In this document: piece by piece, positions 59,998 to 64,000 of the stretch | How the letters are laid out: each line of letters opens with the position of its first letter | How positions within the stretch are numbered: the stretch's first letter is position 1 | Made by a program: the position numbers and the translations under genes | Origin: an uncultured Oligoflexus sp. | Lineage (GTDB): Bacteria > Bdellovibrionota_B > Oligoflexia > Oligoflexales > Oligoflexaceae | Length of the DNA: 64,000 nt | Direction of reading: 5' to 3' | Assembly: GCA_964236955.1 (NCBI GenBank) | Contig: CAXSGP010000002.1 | Span: forward strand, 65,665-129,664 | Notes under the pieces: model-generated | What the model saw: only the letters and a program-made list of their open reading frames with translations | The model's database searches: none | What the model was told of the DNA's origin: nothing

Positions 59998-60897
59998 ATG
60001 AAAGTCGTTCAAATTGTAATTGTATCGTTAGGACTTGTCGCCTCAGTGGGCTGCGGACCCGCCAAAGATTCAGGCAGTCGGGTATCGAATTTTGCCAATG
60101 GCGAAGCGGAAGTCATTGAAATCATTCCTGACATCAGTCTAAAAAGCGGCATCAATAAATGGGTTCAAGAGGATTTAATGGACAGTGGCCCACTATTCAT
60201 GGGCACGGATAAGATTCAATGCAGTAATGTCACAGAACTAATGAATGTGGTTCTTTGTGGTAGCCAACTGCGTACAGGCCTGGAAGTCCTTACTCGAGCT
60301 TCGATTTATGTCGAGGGTTGGAATAAAACCGATAAAGGGACGATCGTAAAATTAAATAGCACTCCTTATAATGAAGCGGCAAGGCTCATACGCGGCCATG
60401 ATTTGAAATCAGAGGATATCGCGAAATTCTGGAAAGACCTTACTTTAATGTGCGAATTAACTGGTGAAAACAACTATTGCCCGTCGCCACTCGAACAAGA
60501 GTTCTACACAAAAGTAGTTGAACCCCGTCTTAAGCTTGACAAGCCTTTTGTCGTCCTGACCTTTACAGCGGATTATTTATGGCGATCGTACCTTACGCAT
60601 GAGGTTCATCATGCACAGTATTTTACTCAGTCAATGTTTCATGATGCGGTTTTCGATTTCTGGAATCTTAAAGTGAGTAGCAACGACAGGGAACAGATAC
60701 TCAAAATACTTGGTGAAACTTACAATGCTTCGGACAAAGACCTTATTCTAAATGAGTTCCAGGCCTATCTCCTGATGGAAGGAGCCGCCGATTCGAAACT
60801 TAAGCTATTTGTAAACACATACACGGGATCTCTGGAAAGTTACCTTTCCAATATCGGCCAGTCACCAATCTCGCTGGAAGTTGCCTCGAGTTTATGA
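59998..60897 (+). CDS. lipoprotein with HExxH zinc-peptidase-like motif
   Basis: Lipobox SVGC; THEVHHAQY with downstream NEFQAY as possible third ligand. Confidence 0.7.
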   Translation: MKVVQIVIVSLGLVASVGCGPAKDSGSRVSNFANGEAEVIEIIPDISLKSGINKWVQEDLMDSGPLFMGTDKIQCSNVTELMNVVLCGSQLRTGLEVLTRASIYVEGWNKTDKGTIVKLNSTPYNEAARLIRGHDLKSEDIAKFWKDLTLMCELTGENNYCPSPLEQEFYTKVVEPRLKLDKPFVVLTFTADYLWRSYLTHEVHHAQYFTQSMFHDAVFDFWNLKVSSNDREQILKILGETYNASDKDLILNEFQAYLLMEGAADSKLKLFVNTYTGSLESYLSNIGQSPISLEVASSL

Positions 60898-61041
60898 AAA
60901 GCCCGCGGTTTGCTAGAAAAGACCTTTGATTGCAGCGCCTATCATGCGGTGGGCGACGCATTCTTTCAAAAATTTCCTAATAGTCATGGAGACGGTCACT
61001 TACCGACCGACGTTAGGCGGGCCTGTGGCCAACGCCGCTTG

Positions 61042-61473
61042 TTATTTGCCCCGATGCGCGCGGCGAATGTGCAAAAAGTATGGAACAAAAAAGGCGAGGC
61101 CAAGGACCGTGTGCAGGACACTCATGCCCAGGGAAAGTTCAGGTATGCCGGAATAAAGGATAAAAATAGCGCTCAAAGTGAGGATTCCGGTCAAAGAAAC
61201 AAGGAGCCCACCCAAGATGCGATTCTTATGTTTCCTCCACCAGTGGCGCATATGAATGGGCCACAAAGCGCCCGTCGCCGCTAGCCATATAAAAGCCGCC
61301 AGGACATGAGCTGCGGTAATCCAGACGCGCGCGTCTGAGCTGATCTTCCAAACGCCATCCCATTCAAGACGCGTCGAGAGCATGCTAGGAACCAGCAAAC
61401 AGCCACTTATAAATAGGGACAGCATGCATAGGTGCACAACTCTGCCCGAAAACCATGAAGGATACCCTTTCAC
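61042..61473 (-). CDS. four-helix membrane protein with intramembrane His residues (possible b-type cytochrome)
   Basis: Four hydrophobic segments; AAHVLAA, IHMR, VLHTVLG and LHIR; overlaps the apbE stop. Confidence 0.7.
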   Translation of the reverse strand: MKGYPSWFSGRVVHLCMLSLFISGCLLVPSMLSTRLEWDGVWKISSDARVWITAAHVLAAFIWLAATGALWPIHMRHWWRKHKNRILGGLLVSLTGILTLSAIFILYSGIPELSLGMSVLHTVLGLAFFVPYFLHIRRAHRGK

Positions 61474-62234
61474 TGCACGGCTCCCCTAAGAAGTAATCCC
61501 CCAAGGTCGGAAACTGCCTTTTCTCTCGCCGGCTCGGGCGTGAGGCTTGCAACCTTGGTCAGCGCATCAGCGAGCCAGGCGGAAGGGGATACGATGCTCC
61601 AGACTCCGATGCCAGGCGATTCACCCTGAGTGCCGACTATTTTGCCGGTGAACGATTCATTGTCGGAAGCGAAGACCTCGGAGGTGGCTATGGCCGCATC
61701 CCGCAAATGGCCAATGAGTTCAAAGCTTCTGACTTCACGCCGGTACACGGGCCAGGCGAGGTCTCCAAATACTTTCAGATCACCGCCTGCGTTGACCGAA
61801 CCGCTCACAATACCACTTTTTTTAAGGCTCTTCACCGCAAGGTCGATGGCATAGCCCTTGGCAATACCATCTAGGGTGAGCTGCAAAGGCTGCCGAAGCT
61901 GAACGGATCGACCGCGAATTTCAATGTCTTCGGCTGATCCAAAGTGTTCGCCAGCCACGGTGCAATTGAATACGCCTGCACTGGTCCGCATCAAGGCGCG
62001 GGCCAGGCGCAGCATACAAACGCTGGTCGGGTGCAATAACACCCGCGCGCCCTGCGCATTGTTCAAGGCCGATAGTTCGCTCATGGGATCGTGCCTGTTC
62101 AGCAGCGTTTCAATATGAAAGATCACATCAAAAGCTTGGTTAATTGCCTGATCCGCATGCGAGCAGGACTCGGGGACAGCGATTTCAACAAAAGTCCCAA
62201 GGTGAGGACGCATGCGGCGACGGAACTTAACCAT
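61470..62234 (-). CDS. apbE: FAD:protein FMN transferase
   Basis: LGTFVEI, SELSALN, LDGIAKGYAIDLA, VNAGGDL, AIATS and ADALTK. Confidence 0.9.
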   Translation of the reverse strand: MVKFRRRMRPHLGTFVEIAVPESCSHADQAINQAFDVIFHIETLLNRHDPMSELSALNNAQGARVLLHPTSVCMLRLARALMRTSAGVFNCTVAGEHFGSAEDIEIRGRSVQLRQPLQLTLDGIAKGYAIDLAVKSLKKSGIVSGSVNAGGDLKVFGDLAWPVYRREVRSFELIGHLRDAAIATSEVFASDNESFTGKIVGTQGESPGIGVWSIVSPSAWLADALTKVASLTPEPAREKAVSDLGGLLLRGAVQ

Positions 62235-62769
62235 TGTCGACCATCTGCTTGAGCACGAGGAGTCTCTTGACGCCGTCAAGGATGTTGCGACAGGAAAGTG
62301 TGGCCCCACTTATATTAGGGACGTCCTGCCCCAGTTTGAAAGGATCTTTAAGAGTTTTGCCTTTGAAATGCATGAGCCAGTCCGGACGCCGGACCTCGCC
62401 GCCATGGGTTTCCCTGTAGTTCATGACCTCGACACCAAGAACTTTGCCATCAGGGGAAATCGCGGTGGCATAGGTGATGGACTCGTGCTTACCGATGACT
62501 TCGTCCACCAACAAAAGGCCCTGCAGTGTTTTGCCCTGGAGGGCCTGCCAGATTTTCGGATTTTTCTCGCGTTGCCGAACGCCGGAAAGCTCCTTGATGC
62601 GGTCGAGTTGGGCATCGGAGAGCGTGACTTTTTTCTCCTCAAACCTGTCAGCCGAGCTAAAAAGTACCTTTTGCGCTTCCAAAGTTGATAGATAGTCAAC
62701 AGCAAATGTCGGAGACGAAATCGCGGCAATAGGGACAATCCAGTGCAAATTCCAGTTAAATCGAGCCAT
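62227..62769 (-). CDS. exported FMN-binding (flavinylated) protein
   Basis: Signal peptide; VIGKHESITY, YRETHGGEV and flavinylation motif ISGATLS. Confidence 0.88.
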   Translation of the reverse strand: MARFNWNLHWIVPIAAISSPTFAVDYLSTLEAQKVLFSSADRFEEKKVTLSDAQLDRIKELSGVRQREKNPKIWQALQGKTLQGLLLVDEVIGKHESITYATAISPDGKVLGVEVMNYRETHGGEVRRPDWLMHFKGKTLKDPFKLGQDVPNISGATLSCRNILDGVKRLLVLKQMVDNG

Positions 62770-62775
62770 ATTCCC

Positions 62776-63669
62776 TCAGATGTTAAAGCCGAGTTTGAAC
62801 CGGACCTCGACCTTGGTCTTTTCAATCAAGTGCATATTCTCTGGTTGGCCAGGATAGGTCGAGTCACCACCTTGAATTTGCGGGAACCAAGTGAGTGTGG
62901 ACCAGAACTTCTCGCCACCAAAGTGAAGGCTTGGACCGGCGAACAGCGAGTAGCGTTCTCGACCGATTTCAGTCTCATATTCTGCCTCCCAAAGAGCTTC
63001 GCCACCGACAAACCAGTTCGGGATAAAACGGTAGCTGAGCCCGGTTCCGAAGCTCAGTGCGATTTCCATTTCGGGACCGGTCGGCCAATCGAATCCATCC
63101 GGCAAATCCTTGATCGCCTTGCGTTGGGCATAAGTTGCTTCGAGACCGAGGTTTCCCATCCAGATCAATTGGCCTTCCAGAAAATACTTTTGGAGAAGAA
63201 GGCGATTTTCAAAGGAATAGACGTTTTTTTTCTGACCCGAATGAGGATCCACCCAGAGATTCTGAAAGTCCCAAAGGACACTCAAGCCAAAATCATCCAT
63301 CGCCGGAGAGAGAATGCTGTATTTGGATTCGATCTCATAGCCGCTAGGCTTTAAATCGAAACTATTATCCTTTGGCAGGTAGCCGTCAATGACAAGACCC
63401 TTTGATTTAAGGCTTTGCATCTTCAGTGCAACACCCACGTTAAACCGGTCTGTGACGCCGTACTCAAGTTCTGTCGTAGTATCGAAGGCACGATATTCAC
63501 CCTTACCCTTGCCCTCGCGTTTCGTAACGAACTGGTAGGTTTCCCACTCGTGGGCGGGCATCGTTTCTGAACCTTTGACGTATCCAAGCACCTGCTCGTC
63601 TGCATAGGATGGCATAGAAAGGACACCACAGAATAGCCCCACAATACCGTTATACTTCCAAGTGTGCAC
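62776..63669 (-). CDS. outer-membrane beta-barrel, putative porin (DUF6662-like)
   Basis: Signal peptide ending SYA-DE; ELEYGVTDR; amphipathic beta-strands; C-terminal VRFKLGFNI. Confidence 0.75.
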   Translation of the reverse strand: MHTWKYNGIVGLFCGVLSMPSYADEQVLGYVKGSETMPAHEWETYQFVTKREGKGKGEYRAFDTTTELEYGVTDRFNVGVALKMQSLKSKGLVIDGYLPKDNSFDLKPSGYEIESKYSILSPAMDDFGLSVLWDFQNLWVDPHSGQKKNVYSFENRLLLQKYFLEGQLIWMGNLGLEATYAQRKAIKDLPDGFDWPTGPEMEIALSFGTGLSYRFIPNWFVGGEALWEAEYETEIGRERYSLFAGPSLHFGGEKFWSTLTWFPQIQGGDSTYPGQPENMHLIEKTKVEVRFKLGFNI

Positions 63670-63729
63670 GCCTCACTCCACGGTTTTCTTATATTCAAAG
63701 ACTCGCAACACTGCGACGGTAGTCATAAA

Positions 63730-63748
63730 GATAATAATAGTCAATATC
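63730..63748. promoter_or_regulatory. Fur box
   Basis: GATAATAATAGTCAATATC matches GATAATGATAATCATTATC at 16 of 19 positions, about 60 nt upstream of the porin start. Confidence 0.75.
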
Positions 63749-64000
63749 AAAAAGACTGCGCGAGAGGCAAGGCGTGATAACCCGCAACCCGCTTGCCGAT
63801 CTCGTTAACGGTATGCTGCTATTCGGCCTGGAGGCCGCAATTTTCGGACTGTGTCAGCTTGAGCTGGAATGAGCCTATCAAGGCCACTTGGCCTGGACTG
63901 GTCTTACCATTGCTAACTCGGGACGGGCTAGGAATGGAGTAATTGTCGACAATTCGTTAGAAAAAAACAGGATCGTGAAAAACGTCTTAAGAGTACACTA

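Noticed and set aside
1..64000. rRNA, tRNA, CRISPR arrays, IS elements, prophage genes
   Set aside because: None recognised by eye; tRNAscan-SE, cmscan and ISEScan would be needed to exclude them formally.

Overview
A 64 kb bacterial chromosomal segment. Gene style (sigma-54 activator, GspC-PDZ protein, CheA-like kinase without CheW, many lipoproteins) suggests Bdellovibrionota/Oligoflexia; this is an inference. Bases 1-39,000 are mostly core or metabolic: partial tilS, flagellin, fadD, cinA/pncC-lolA, a PocR/sigma-54 activator, and an operon of trpC-like, purM, pyrB, nitrilase and RNase Z-like genes. This part also holds a carotenoid cluster (crtY-crtE-crtI-crtB, an unknown membrane protein, a glycosyltransferase), a KaiC-like ATPase/hybrid kinase pair, a type III PKS cluster and aminopeptidase P. 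Bases ~36,000-61,000 are rich in lipoprotein genes, including three DUF3494 ice-binding paralogues, a collagen-like protein, a BNR propeller protein and a lipase-like protein. The window ends with a porin/FMN-binding/ApbE cluster preceded by a Fur box. The most striking observation is two small, mutually similar membrane proteins with a duplicated D[DE]x2-3H...ExxxH motif. One lies in the carotenoid cluster and one in the PKS cluster, each where a hydroxylase would be expected, so they may be a new class of membrane di-metal tailoring enzyme. Other leads are a structured flagellin leader, a putative sigma-28 regulon of lipoproteins and a catalytically dead TrpC homologue. I saw no rRNA, tRNA, CRISPR array or transposase. 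All calls come from reading motifs by eye; no searches were run.
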